DNA from: Candidatus Calescamantes bacterium
GTDB taxonomy: Bacteria; CAIJMQ01; JAADFP01
Reading direction: 5' to 3'
Length of the DNA: 64,000 bases
Assembly (NCBI GenBank): GCA_021162785.1
Contig: JAGGYA010000016.1
Location: 1,533 to 65,532 of the forward strand
Of the stretch, positions 28,220 to 36,841 are shown one piece after another. A program made the translations under genes and the position numbers. Each line of letters starts with the position of its first letter. Within the stretch, counting starts at the first letter, position 1. The notes under the pieces were generated by a model. The model was not told where the DNA came from and searched no databases. It was given only the letters and a program-made list of their open reading frames with translations.

Positions 28220-28696
28220 ATGGGTAAAATCCTCACCCGATCCCAAGCTAAAGAAATCATTGGGAAAGAAAGGGAAAAAGGGAAAAAAATCGTTTTTACC
28301 AATGGCTGCTTTGATCTCCTTCACGCTGGTCATATTTACCTTCTACGCGAAGCTAAAAAAGAAGGGGATATTTTAATAGTTGCTTTAAATTCTGATTCCT
28401 CGGTTAGAAAAATTAAAGGAACATCCAGACCTATTTATCCAGAAAAGGAAAGGGCGGAAATATTAGCTTCCTTGGAAATGGTGGATTATGTGGTGATTTT
28501 TGAGGAAACAACACCTTACCAAATAATAAAGGAACTAAAACCCCATATTCTTGTGAAAGGAGGTGATTGGAGGATAAACGAAGTGGTAGGAAGGGACTTA
28601 GTGGAATCTTGGGGTGGGAAAGTAAAAATCATACCTTATTTGAGTGGATTTTCCACCACCCATATTGTGGAAAAAATTAAAAAGAGAGATGGATGA
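28220..28696 (+). CDS. D-glycero-beta-D-manno-heptose-1-phosphate adenylyltransferase-like cytidylyltransferase (RfaE domain II type)
   Basis: KIVFTNGCFDLLHAGH nucleotidyltransferase signature. The size (158 aa) and C-terminal pattern fit a stand-alone HldE/RfaE domain II. Confidence 0.8.
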   Translation: MGKILTRSQAKEIIGKEREKGKKIVFTNGCFDLLHAGHIYLLREAKKEGDILIVALNSDSSVRKIKGTSRPIYPEKERAEILASLEMVDYVVIFEETTPYQIIKELKPHILVKGGDWRINEVVGRDLVESWGGKVKIIPYLSGFSTTHIVEKIKKRDG

Positions 28697-29735
28697 GAAG
28701 ATCCTGAGGATTGTGGATGTGAACTTTAATCGTGCAAAAGAGGGGCTAAGAGTAATAGAAGAAGTATGTCGCTTTGTTTTAGAAGACCCTACCTTAACCA
28801 ATCGTGTGAGGTCTCTTAAAAGGGAAATTATTACCACCCTTTCCATTTTTGACACTTCCTTTTTAAGAAGGGAGAGTGAGAAAGATTTAGGTAAAAATTT
28901 TCTTCCCACCCCCTACCCTGACTTCCAAAAATTGGTGAGAGCTAATTTCTCACGGATTGAAGAAAGTCTAAGGGTTTTGGAAGAGGTATTGAGACTGAAG
29001 AATCCAAAAGTATCTTCTAATTTAATGCAGATCCGTTTCCAATGCTACTCACTGGAAAAAGATGTATTAACAGCACTCCTGACATGGGAAAAGTTAAAAC
29101 TTATGGAGATTTACATGATAATTGATGAAGAAACTGCTAAAAAGGACGCTATTCAAGTGGCAAGAGAAGCTATGAAAGGGGGAGTAAAATTTCTGCAGTT
29201 AAGGGATAAAAAATCTTCTCTCTCTGAGTTCATAGAAAAGGGAAAGAAAATAAGAGAGATAACTTACCAATCTAATGCCATTTTTATAATCAACGACAGA
29301 ATAGATGTCGCTTTATGTGTAGATGCTGATGGCGTGCACTTAGGGAAAAAGGATTTCCCCATTAAAGATGCTCGGAAAATTTTGAGTGGAAAAATTATTG
29401 GTGCCTCTGCTCATTCTCTTGAGGAAGCTCAAGAGATGGAAAAACAAGGAGCAGATTACATTTCTTTAGGACCTATTTTTGATACCCCTTTTAAACCTGA
29501 ACTTAAACCCTTAGGTTTGGAAATACTAAAAGAGGCAAAAAAGATTTTAAAAGTTCCTTTAGTAGCCATTGGTGGAATAAATTTTAATAATCTGGTTGAT
29601 GTTTTAAAAACTGGAGTAGATGGAGTAGCCATGATAAGAAATCTTCAGGAAAAAGGTGAAATCAGAGAAAATTGTAAAAAGGCAATTGAACTTTTGAAAA
29701 AATTTAAGAAACTCCAAGGAGCTTCTTCAACATGA
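28689..29735 (+). CDS. thiE: Thiamine-phosphate synthase with an N-terminal extra domain of about 150 aa
   Basis: The C-terminal 200 aa carry ThiE/TMP-TENI motifs (LQLRDK, INDRIDVAL..DADGVHLG, GASAHS, GPIF.T..K, AIGGI). The N-terminal part starts VDVNFNRAKEGLRVIEE. The start is set at 28689 (MDEKIL). Confidence 0.85.
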   Translation: MDEKILRIVDVNFNRAKEGLRVIEEVCRFVLEDPTLTNRVRSLKREIITTLSIFDTSFLRRESEKDLGKNFLPTPYPDFQKLVRANFSRIEESLRVLEEVLRLKNPKVSSNLMQIRFQCYSLEKDVLTALLTWEKLKLMEIYMIIDEETAKKDAIQVAREAMKGGVKFLQLRDKKSSLSEFIEKGKKIREITYQSNAIFIINDRIDVALCVDADGVHLGKKDFPIKDARKILSGKIIGASAHSLEEAQEMEKQGADYISLGPIFDTPFKPELKPLGLEILKEAKKILKVPLVAIGGINFNNLVDVLKTGVDGVAMIRNLQEKGEIRENCKKAIELLKKFKKLQGASST

Positions 29736-30444
29736 GGGCGTTTTTAACTGCAAAACCTCCAAAATCGTTATTAAAATAGGCAAAAAGGGCTTCTTTCCCT
29801 CCCATCCATTTTTTTATTTTTTCGCTCCAATTTTTTAATTCTTCCAAAGAATACTCTGAACCATATAATATCTCTCCCCCATGAAACCGAAGATAGAGGA
29901 AGTTTGCAGTTATTTCTTCCACACAGGGCCAAACCTTTGAATGAGCAATACACAATGCTATATTATGCTCCTTCAAAACCCGAAACACATCATCTGTAAA
30001 CCAAGAAGAATGGCGAAACTCAAAAGAATGTCGCCAGTCAAGGTATCCCTTATTTTCCATTAAATCAATAAACTCATTTAAACGCCTAAGGTCCTTCTTA
30101 AAAGAGGGAGGAAATTGCCAGAGTATCACCCCCACTTTTCCCTTCAATAAAGCTACATTATTGAAAAAAACCTCTAAGGCTCTTTCTACATCCTTCAATT
30201 TTTTAAGATGGGTAATTACCCGAGAGCCTTTCACTGAAAAAAGAAAGTTAGATGAAGTTCTCTTCTCCCAGGAGATAAAAGTCTTAGGAAGGGGTAAACG
30301 ATAAAAAGTTACATTGAGTTCTACGGTATCAAAAAACTTTTGATAATACTGGAGCCATTTAGAAGGAGGTAAATCTTTTGGATAGAACACATTATCCCAC
30401 CAGTGCCGATAAGTATAACCACTTGTTCCTATCCTTATCTCCAC
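29704..30444 (-). CDS. DUF72-family protein
   Basis: IGTSGYTYRHW...FYP N-terminus and a TIM-barrel-like pattern typical of DUF72/UPF0759. The start codon is GTG (30444-30442). Confidence 0.8.
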   Translation of the reverse strand: MEIRIGTSGYTYRHWWDNVFYPKDLPPSKWLQYYQKFFDTVELNVTFYRLPLPKTFISWEKRTSSNFLFSVKGSRVITHLKKLKDVERALEVFFNNVALLKGKVGVILWQFPPSFKKDLRRLNEFIDLMENKGYLDWRHSFEFRHSSWFTDDVFRVLKEHNIALCIAHSKVWPCVEEITANFLYLRFHGGEILYGSEYSLEELKNWSEKIKKWMGGKEALFAYFNNDFGGFAVKNALMLKKLLGVS

Positions 30445-30451
30445 TTTATCT

Positions 30452-30460
30452 ATTTTAACA
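30452..30460 (-). promoter_or_regulatory. Extended -10 (TGtTAAAAT) 7 nt upstream of the DUF72 GTG start
   Basis: The minus strand reads gggaaTGtTAAAAT-agataaa-GTG. Confidence 0.4.
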
Positions 30461-30472
30461 TTCCCTTCTATC

Positions 30473-30481
30473 TGCTAAAAT
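30473..30481 (+). promoter_or_regulatory. Extended -10 (TGcTAAAAT) 7 nt upstream of the exbB/tolQ-like ATG
   Basis: The plus strand reads tcTGcTAAAAT-aaattcc-ATG. There is no SD. Confidence 0.4.
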
Positions 30482-30488
30482 AAATTCC

Positions 30489-31103
30489 ATGTGGAACTTC
30501 ATATCTAAGGGCGGATATTTAATGTATCCTCTCCTTTTCTCTTCTATTTTAGCTTTAGCAATAATTTTAGAAAGAACAATTATGCTTTATCGTCTCTCTC
30601 TTCCCCTTGATCCACTTCTGGAGAAGATTAAGGAACTTCTCAGTAGAGGGAAAATTTTGGAGGCAATAGAATCCTGCGAAAAATACAATTTACCCCTCAG
30701 TAGAGTCTTGAGAGTAGGACTTCTACACCATGAAAGAGATTCCCAGATTATCCAGGAATTAATGGAGACTCAACTGGAAGAAGAAATGCCTCTATTAGAA
30801 CGACATTTAGGAATTCTTGCTACTCTTGCTGCTGTATCACCTCTCTTAGGCCTCTTGGGCACAGTATCTGGGATGGTGAAGATATTTGCCACCATTGAGG
30901 CAGGTGGAGGAGCAGTAGATCCCGGAAGTCTTGCAGGAGGAATATGGGAAGCACTTTTAACCACTGTTTTTGGACTTATGATAGCCATCCCTTCCCTTAT
31001 TGCCTACAATTATTTTACTTCCCGGACCCAGAATCTGGTTAGAGAAATAAGATTGGGCATAAGAAAATTACTTCAAATTTTGGAAACCGCGAGTTTCGTA
31101 TAA
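30489..31103 (+). CDS. MotA/TolQ/ExbB proton-channel protein
   Basis: Three TM segments. It has the N-terminal GG..M.PLL..S motif and a conserved C-terminal TM pair (GLLGTV.GM...F, ALLTT..GL). Confidence 0.88.
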   Translation: MWNFISKGGYLMYPLLFSSILALAIILERTIMLYRLSLPLDPLLEKIKELLSRGKILEAIESCEKYNLPLSRVLRVGLLHHERDSQIIQELMETQLEEEMPLLERHLGILATLAAVSPLLGLLGTVSGMVKIFATIEAGGGAVDPGSLAGGIWEALLTTVFGLMIAIPSLIAYNYFTSRTQNLVREIRLGIRKLLQILETASFV

Positions 31104-31104
31104 A

Positions 31105-31503
31105 ATGCGATGGGAAAGGAGAGGATACATTATCTGGCCAGAATTAACACCCTTAGTAGATGTAGTATTAATTTTGCTCATCTTTTTCTCTCTTTCTTCC
31201 TCATTTATTATTCTTCCAGGTGCTAAAATAGAACTCCCTTCCTCTCACTTTTCCTGGAAAAAGGAAAAGGAGGAGCTTCACCTCACCTTAACTGCAGATA
31301 ATCTTCTCTTCATAGAAAACAAATTGATTGATTGGGAAAACTTAACTTGGGAACTGGAAAAAAGAATTCTAAAACATCCTCAACTCGTTTTAATTATACA
31401 TGCAGATAAACGAGTTTCACTGGAAAAGGTTATTAAAATCTTGGATAAGGCAAGGGAGGCAGGTGTGAAAAAATTTGCTATTGCTACGGAAAAGAAGAAA
31501 TGA
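31105..31503 (+). CDS. ExbD/TolR biopolymer transport protein
   Basis: 132 aa with a single N-terminal TM (LVDVVLILLIFF) and a periplasmic domain. It directly follows the ExbB-like gene. Confidence 0.85.
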   Translation: MRWERRGYIIWPELTPLVDVVLILLIFFSLSSSFIILPGAKIELPSSHFSWKKEKEELHLTLTADNLLFIENKLIDWENLTWELEKRILKHPQLVLIIHADKRVSLEKVIKILDKAREAGVKKFAIATEKKK

Positions 31504-32369
31504 AAGAAAAATTTTGCATTGTAGGCTTAGGGTTTATGGGAGCTTCACTGGGGTTAAGAATCAAACAGTGTCTAAAAAATAGTGAAGTAGTGGGAATTTC
31601 CCGAAGTAAAGAAAAACTGAAAAAGGCCATCGAGAAAGGGATAATTGACAAAGGTGTGGAATTACCACCCCCAGATACTCAATTACTCATATTTTCAACC
31701 CCGGTAAAAACCATACCTTCCCTCCTAAAAAAACTGCTTCCTTCAATCTCTCCCCAAACTATCATTACTGATGTGGGAAGCACCAAAAATTGGCTTTGGG
31801 AAAAAATTTCCGCTTTTCTACCCTCCAGCCACACATATATTGGTAGTCATCCTTTATGTGGATCAGAAAAACAAGGAATGGAGTATGCCAATCCAGAAAT
31901 TTTCTCCCATGCCTTGTGTTTTATAACCTGCTTGAGGGTTCAAAACGATAAGATTTACAAACTAAAAAATTTCTGGGAATCCTTAGGAATGAAAACTATA
32001 CTTACCACCCCAAAAAAGCACGATTTAATCGTGGCCTTTACCAGCCATCTTCCCCATATAATTGCAGTGAACTTATTAAACACTCTTCCTGATGAATTTA
32101 CAAATCTTACTGGGGGAGGATTCCGCGATACTACTCGAATAGGGGAAGGTGGTGCAGATATCTGGGAAGACATTCTTGTCACTAATATTCCCAACCTTTT
32201 AAAATCTATGGAGATTTTTGAAAAAGAATGGAACAGATTCAAAACCGCCCTTAAAAAAGGAGAAATTAAAGAATTGCTGGAAAAAGCGAGGAAGAAAAGA
32301 TTTTTAATTACAACCTTCGATAAAACAAAACTTCCGCTTCAAAGCGGAAATGAAACAGCTTTTCCTTGA
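31500..32369 (+). CDS. tyrA: Prephenate dehydrogenase
   Basis: Rossmann N-terminus (IVGLGFMGASLG), GSHPLCG and a dimerisation-domain pattern. Confidence 0.85.
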   Translation: MKEKFCIVGLGFMGASLGLRIKQCLKNSEVVGISRSKEKLKKAIEKGIIDKGVELPPPDTQLLIFSTPVKTIPSLLKKLLPSISPQTIITDVGSTKNWLWEKISAFLPSSHTYIGSHPLCGSEKQGMEYANPEIFSHALCFITCLRVQNDKIYKLKNFWESLGMKTILTTPKKHDLIVAFTSHLPHIIAVNLLNTLPDEFTNLTGGGFRDTTRIGEGGADIWEDILVTNIPNLLKSMEIFEKEWNRFKTALKKGEIKELLEKARKKRFLITTFDKTKLPLQSGNETAFP

Positions 32370-32394
32370 CAGAGTTATCCTTATGTGGTATAAA
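32366..32394 (+). promoter_or_regulatory. Strong sigma-70 promoter for the pseudopilin gene
   Basis: TTGACA (32366-32371, embedding the tyrA stop), a 17-nt spacer ending in TGg, then TATAAA (32389-32394). AGGAGG lies upstream of the ATG at 32439. Confidence 0.6.
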
Positions 32395-32438
32395 TCTTTG
32401 AAAAGAAAATCTTAAAAAGAAAGGAGGTGAAAAGGTAA

Positions 32439-33092
32439 ATGAAGTGGCTGAAGAAGAGGATTGGAGGGTTTACGTTGATTGAGTTATTAGTCGTGATTGC
32501 CATTATTGCAATCCTGGCAGCTATGCTTTTACCAGCATTGGCAAGAGCAAGAGAACAGGCAAGGAGATCAGTATGTCTATCCAACCTGAAGCAGATTGGT
32601 CTCGCCCTCCACATGTATTCGACAGACTGGGATGAGAGATTCCCACCCCCCACATCCCTCGGTGGACCGAATGAGGACAATGAGGGACAGGGTCTCTATC
32701 CCACTTATGTAACAGATCCTGCAGTATACTGGTGCCCTTCTGACAGAGATCCTAAACCCACAGATATGTATTACATAGCAAGTGATAACATCCGGAAGTG
32801 GGCAAATACTATTGATTCTCCTTATATAAGTTACAACTATGCTGGAACTGTAGGCACCCATAACTCTACCGATGCAAACTTTGACATTACTGAGTTAGAC
32901 GATGCTGATACACCCTTGTTATGGGATAATGGTTGTTCAAGTACAGATGCTAACCACACCACGGATGGTGGTAATGTCCTCTATCTGGATGGTCACGCAG
33001 AGTGGGTACCCAGGGATAGTTGGACGACCACTAACTGGGCAGAAAACGGGGATAATAACGCAATGGCATCCTGGCCGACCACTACTCCGTAG
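32439..33092 (+). CDS. Prepilin-type N-terminal methylation-domain protein (DUF1559 / H-X9-DG-like pseudopilin)
   Basis: Class III signal KKRIGG|[24 protein letters not shown] with Glu+5, the ARE.ARR..C.SNLKQIG segment and the C-terminal [14 protein letters not shown] motif. Confidence 0.88.
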   Translation: MKWLKKRIGGFTLIELLVVIAIIAILAAMLLPALARAREQARRSVCLSNLKQIGLALHMYSTDWDERFPPPTSLGGPNEDNEGQGLYPTYVTDPAVYWCPSDRDPKPTDMYYIASDNIRKWANTIDSPYISYNYAGTVGTHNSTDANFDITELDDADTPLLWDNGCSSTDANHTTDGGNVLYLDGHAEWVPRDSWTTTNWAENGDNNAMASWPTTTP

Positions 33093-33110
33093 TAGTTGAT
33101 TAGTAAGACT

Positions 33111-33152
33111 ACAAACACTCCTCCGGCGAGGGCTGGAGGAGTGTTTGTTTTT
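33111..33152 (+). terminator. Rho-independent terminator
   Basis: A perfect 14-bp stem ACAAACACTCCTCC/GGAGGAGTGTTTGT, a 10-nt loop, then TTTT. It starts 19 nt after the pseudopilin stop. Confidence 0.85.
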
Positions 33153-33184
33153 CTTAGTTTACAAACCACTTTTTACTTAGAAGA

Positions 33185-34456
33185 ATGAATGATAAAATAA
33201 TAATCTTAGGGATGGAAAATTACCTGAAAATTATCTCAAAGGAAGAAGAGATTCCTCTGAGAACTCTGAAGGATTTATTCCTTAAAGGAGAGATGGTAAT
33301 ATTCAAAAATCTTCGTGGAAAGCCCTTGGGTATAGGAAAAAACTTGAATGTAAAAGTCAATGCGAACCTTGGGACTTCTCCGGAAATCTGTGATATTGAG
33401 TGGGAAAGAAGGAAGCTTAAAGAAGCTATAAAAGCGGGAACAGACACTATTATGGATTTAAGTACAGAAGGAGATTTAGATAGGATTAGAAAGATGTTTT
33501 TAGAAGAAAGCAATGTCCCTGTAGGGACCGTTCCTATATATCAGGCAGTGGTGGAAACAGTGAGAAAGGAAGGGGCTCTCTTTAAGATGAAGGCTAAAAA
33601 GATTTTTGAAGTTATAGAGAGACATGCTAAGGATGGTGTAGATTTTGTTACTGTTCATTGTGGAGTGAATAAGAAACTCCTTGAGGAAATGAGAAATAAC
33701 TCACGAATAATGGATATGGTAAGCCGGGGTGGTGCATTCCATATCACCTGGATGGTAGCTACGGGAAAGGAAAATCCATTGTTTGAAAATTATGATGATC
33801 TCCTTGCTATTGCGAAAGAATACAATTTAGTTCTATCTCTGGGGGATGGCTTTCGACCTGGTGCATTAGAAGATGCAAATGATAAACTCCAAATGGAGGA
33901 ACTCTTAGTTGTGGGAGAACTGGTAGAAAAAGCAAGGGAAGAAGGGGTCCAGGTGATTGTGGAAGGTCCTGGCCATGTGCCCCTTAATGAAATAGAAGCA
34001 AATGTCCTTTTAGAAAAGAAAATTTGTAAGGGTGCTCCTTACTATGTCCTTGGTCCTTTGGTAACGGATATTGCCTTAGGGTATGACCATATTTCTGCAG
34101 CAATTGGAGGCGCTATTGCTGGGAAAGCAGGTGCTGATTTCCTTTGCTATGTTACTCCTGGAGAACATTTAAGATTACCTACTCCTGAAGATGTGAGAGA
34201 GGGTGTGATTGCTGCAAGAATTGCTGCCCATGCTGCAGATATAGCCAGAGGGAAAAAGTCTGCTAAAGAATGGGATAGGAAACTTTCTGTATTCCGAAAA
34301 AACAGGGATTGGGAAAAGGAAATCCAAAGCTCCCTCTTCCCTGAAAGAGCAAGGGAAATATGGGAAGAATCTAAACCTTTGCATCCAGGTGTTTGCACAA
34401 TGTGTGGAGAATACTGTTCTCTTAAGTTAGTGGAAGAATGGCTGAAGAAAAAATAA
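33185..34456 (+). CDS. thiC: Phosphomethylpyrimidine synthase (short-form ThiC)
   Basis: Contains NANLGTS, TVHCGV, GDG.RPG, EGPGHVP and the C-terminal CTMCGEYCS iron-sulfur motif. An alternative start at 33212 is possible. Confidence 0.93.
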   Translation: MNDKIIILGMENYLKIISKEEEIPLRTLKDLFLKGEMVIFKNLRGKPLGIGKNLNVKVNANLGTSPEICDIEWERRKLKEAIKAGTDTIMDLSTEGDLDRIRKMFLEESNVPVGTVPIYQAVVETVRKEGALFKMKAKKIFEVIERHAKDGVDFVTVHCGVNKKLLEEMRNNSRIMDMVSRGGAFHITWMVATGKENPLFENYDDLLAIAKEYNLVLSLGDGFRPGALEDANDKLQMEELLVVGELVEKAREEGVQVIVEGPGHVPLNEIEANVLLEKKICKGAPYYVLGPLVTDIALGYDHISAAIGGAIAGKAGADFLCYVTPGEHLRLPTPEDVREGVIAARIAAHAADIARGKKSAKEWDRKLSVFRKNRDWEKEIQSSLFPERAREIWEESKPLHPGVCTMCGEYCSLKLVEEWLKKK

Positions 34457-35574
34457 GAGAATTTCATCTTCCTACTCGAATAATTTTTGGGGTGGGAAGT
34501 CTATCTACACTGGGAAAAGAAGCCAAAAAATTGGGAGAGAAGGCATTAGTAATTGGTGGAAGGAAATCCTTTGAGACTCACTTTAAGCCAAAAGTGGAAT
34601 CATTGCTTGAAAAGGAAGGGATAAAATTGAGTTTCTTCTATGGCTGGGAAGGAGAGCCAGATACGGAAATTGTGGAAGAAGGAAGAAGAATTGGGGAAAA
34701 GGAAAAAGTAGACCTCATAATAGCCATTGGTGGAGGAAGTGTAATTGATTGTGGGAAAGCAATCAGTGGAGTTATTGGAAAAAAGGGTAGTGTAGAAGAA
34801 TTCTTAGAGGGGAAAGAACTACCACCCTCCTCTCTTCCTTTCATAGCAATTCCCACTACTGCTGGGACAGGTTCTGAGGTCACTAATAATGCAGTGTTGA
34901 TAAATAAGAAAAAAATCTATAAGAAGAGTTTACGAGCTCCCTTTTTGAACCCAAAATTGGCCATTGTGGATCCTGTTCTTACACTCACTCTCCCTCCTCA
35001 TATTACAGCATATACTGGCTTAGATGCTTTAGCCCAGTTAATGGAAGCTTATGTTTCTCTGGGTTCTAATCCTATTACAGACTCTTTCTGTATAAAAGGG
35101 CTAAAGTTTATCTCCCAGAGCTTGAAAAAAGCTTTTGAAAACGGTGAAGATATAAGTCATCGCTATAACATGAGTTTGGCTGCACTTCTAAGCGGAATGG
35201 CTTTAACCAATGCAGGATTAGGAGCGGTTCATGGATTAGCCCATCCTATTGGTGTAAGGTGGGGTATCCCCCACGGCTTAATCTGTGGTGTGCTTCTTCC
35301 CTATGTGGTGAGATTTAATATGGAATACTGCAAAAAGAAGTATGCTGAATTATGCCAAATATTAACGGGAATTAAAGACGCTTATCATTTACCAATTTTT
35401 CTAACCCAATTATTGTGGGACTTGGGAATTAATGACCGATTAAGGAATTGGGGAATTAAAGAAAAGGATCTTGCATGGATTGCTGAAAATTCTTTTTCGG
35501 GAAGTATGTTAAAAAATCCAAGAAGACCTAATAAAGATGAACTGGTAAAAGAAATTCTGGTTCCTTGTCTTTAA
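34438..35574 (+). CDS. Iron-containing alcohol dehydrogenase
   Basis: GGGSVIDCGKAI, PTTAGTGSE and His-rich metal motifs (HGLAHPIG...HG). Confidence 0.88.
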   Translation: MAEEKIREFHLPTRIIFGVGSLSTLGKEAKKLGEKALVIGGRKSFETHFKPKVESLLEKEGIKLSFFYGWEGEPDTEIVEEGRRIGEKEKVDLIIAIGGGSVIDCGKAISGVIGKKGSVEEFLEGKELPPSSLPFIAIPTTAGTGSEVTNNAVLINKKKIYKKSLRAPFLNPKLAIVDPVLTLTLPPHITAYTGLDALAQLMEAYVSLGSNPITDSFCIKGLKFISQSLKKAFENGEDISHRYNMSLAALLSGMALTNAGLGAVHGLAHPIGVRWGIPHGLICGVLLPYVVRFNMEYCKKKYAELCQILTGIKDAYHLPIFLTQLLWDLGINDRLRNWGIKEKDLAWIAENSFSGSMLKNPRRPNKDELVKEILVPCL

Positions 35575-35577
35575 AAA

Positions 35578-36063
35578 ATGAAGGATTTGGAACTAATAAT
35601 TTATCCTCACCCTGTTTTACGCAGGAAAAGTAAAGAGGTAGAGAAAATTGATGAAGTAAGGGATATTCTTAATAAAATGTGGGAAGTAATGTATACTTAC
35701 AAAGGGATTGGGTTAGCAGCACCTCAAGTTGGCATAAATAAAAGAGTAATGGTAATGGATGTGGAAAGTAAAAAAATCTGTTTAATAAATCCCTATATAA
35801 TTGAAAAAGAAGGAGTAGTTACTGAAGAGGAAGGTTGCCTGAGTTTACCGGATATTTTTCTCCCAGTCCCTCGTGCTCAGGAAATAGTTGTAGAGGGATG
35901 GGATGAAGAAGGGAAAAAAGTGAAATTAAAAATGGGAGATTTAATGGCAAGAGTTGTGCAACATGAAGTGGATCATTTAGAAGGGGTTTTAATCATTGAC
36001 TATGCTTCTCCTTCTCAGAGAATTAAATTAGAAAAAATTTTAAAAAACCGGAGGGAAAAATGA
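35578..36063 (+). CDS. def: Peptide deformylase
   Basis: All three motifs are present: GIGLAAPQ, EGCLS and QHEVDH. Confidence 0.95.
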   Translation: MKDLELIIYPHPVLRRKSKEVEKIDEVRDILNKMWEVMYTYKGIGLAAPQVGINKRVMVMDVESKKICLINPYIIEKEGVVTEEEGCLSLPDIFLPVPRAQEIVVEGWDEEGKKVKLKMGDLMARVVQHEVDHLEGVLIIDYASPSQRIKLEKILKNRREK

Positions 36064-36419
36064 AAATAAAAATTAGATTGAAATTAGAGGAAGGGGGTGG
36101 GGAACGACAACCCAGAAGGGTTTTTGTAGGTGAATTACTCTCTCCAGATCCTGATTATCCCCAAATCATAAAGGATAATTTTGTTATTGTAAGAGGAAAA
36201 CATCTGGTGTTAGAAAGGCATCAAGCTATTACTCGAGCTTTAGAAGACGAAGATCTTCATACATTTTTAGTACCCATTTCCCGCATAGACTGGATTACTG
36301 TTTTACCGGATGAGATTGACCTTAAAAAGCTTAAGTACAAAATAGTAGGAGAAAGAATTCTCTGCCCTGTCTCAGGAAAGGAATTTACTCTAAAAGAAGC
36401 TGGGGAATCGGGTGTTTAA
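36060..36419 (+). CDS. Hypothetical protein (119 aa)
   Basis: The ORF has a 4-nt overlap with def, in the position usually held by fmt. It has host-like composition and no motif I recognise. Confidence 0.45.
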   Translation: MKIKIRLKLEEGGGERQPRRVFVGELLSPDPDYPQIIKDNFVIVRGKHLVLERHQAITRALEDEDLHTFLVPISRIDWITVLPDEIDLKKLKYKIVGERILCPVSGKEFTLKEAGESGV

Positions 36420-36455
36420 AATCTGGTTGTGGTAAAATAAATTAGTGAATAAAGC

Positions 36456-36801
36456 CCGCAGGGTGAACCAGGTGGCTACCCCGATGTCACATCGGGGAGG
36501 AAAGTCCGGGCTCCAAAGGGCAGGGTGCTCCGATGTATTATCGGAGACCCCGTAAGGGGTGGAAAGTGCCACAGAAACATACCGCTCCGATTATCCCGAT
36601 GAAAAACGGGATAAACATCGGAGTAAGGGTGAAATAGTGTGGTAAGAGCACACTCCTCCCGATGAAATATCGGGAGTGGGGTAAACCCCACCTGGAGCAA
36701 GGCCAAGCAGAGGGAAAAGGTGGCCCGCCTAATTCCCTCGGGTAGGCCGCGGAGATGAATGGCCACCAAATACAGAACCCGGCTTATGGTTCACCCTGCG
36801 G
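36456..36801 (+). ncRNA. rnpB: RNase P RNA, bacterial type A
   Basis: The P1 pairing is CCGCAGGGTGAACC...GGTTCACCCTGCGG. The universal P4 strands are GAGGAAAGTCCGGGC (about 36497) and ACAGAACCCGGCTTA (about 36772). Also seen are GCCACAGAAA, GGTAAGAGC and a GTAA-loop P9. The two ORF-track ORFs here are antisense artefacts. Confidence 0.93.
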
Positions 36802-36841
36802 TTAAAATAAACAATTCTCTACTTAATCAAATAAAAACAAT

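Noticed and set aside
33093-33184. A TPP riboswitch upstream of thiC.
   Set aside because: The gap contains only the pseudopilin terminator hairpin and AT-rich sequence. I could not find the conserved CTGAGA / ACCTGATCTGGATAATGCCAGCG-type elements.
36390-36769. Two ORF-track ORFs on the minus strand (36390-36572, 60 aa; 36476-36769, 97 aa).
   Set aside because: They lie antisense across a textbook RNase P RNA (P1 pairing, both P4 strands). Their translations are low-complexity, so they are artefacts of a structured, G+C-rich RNA gene.
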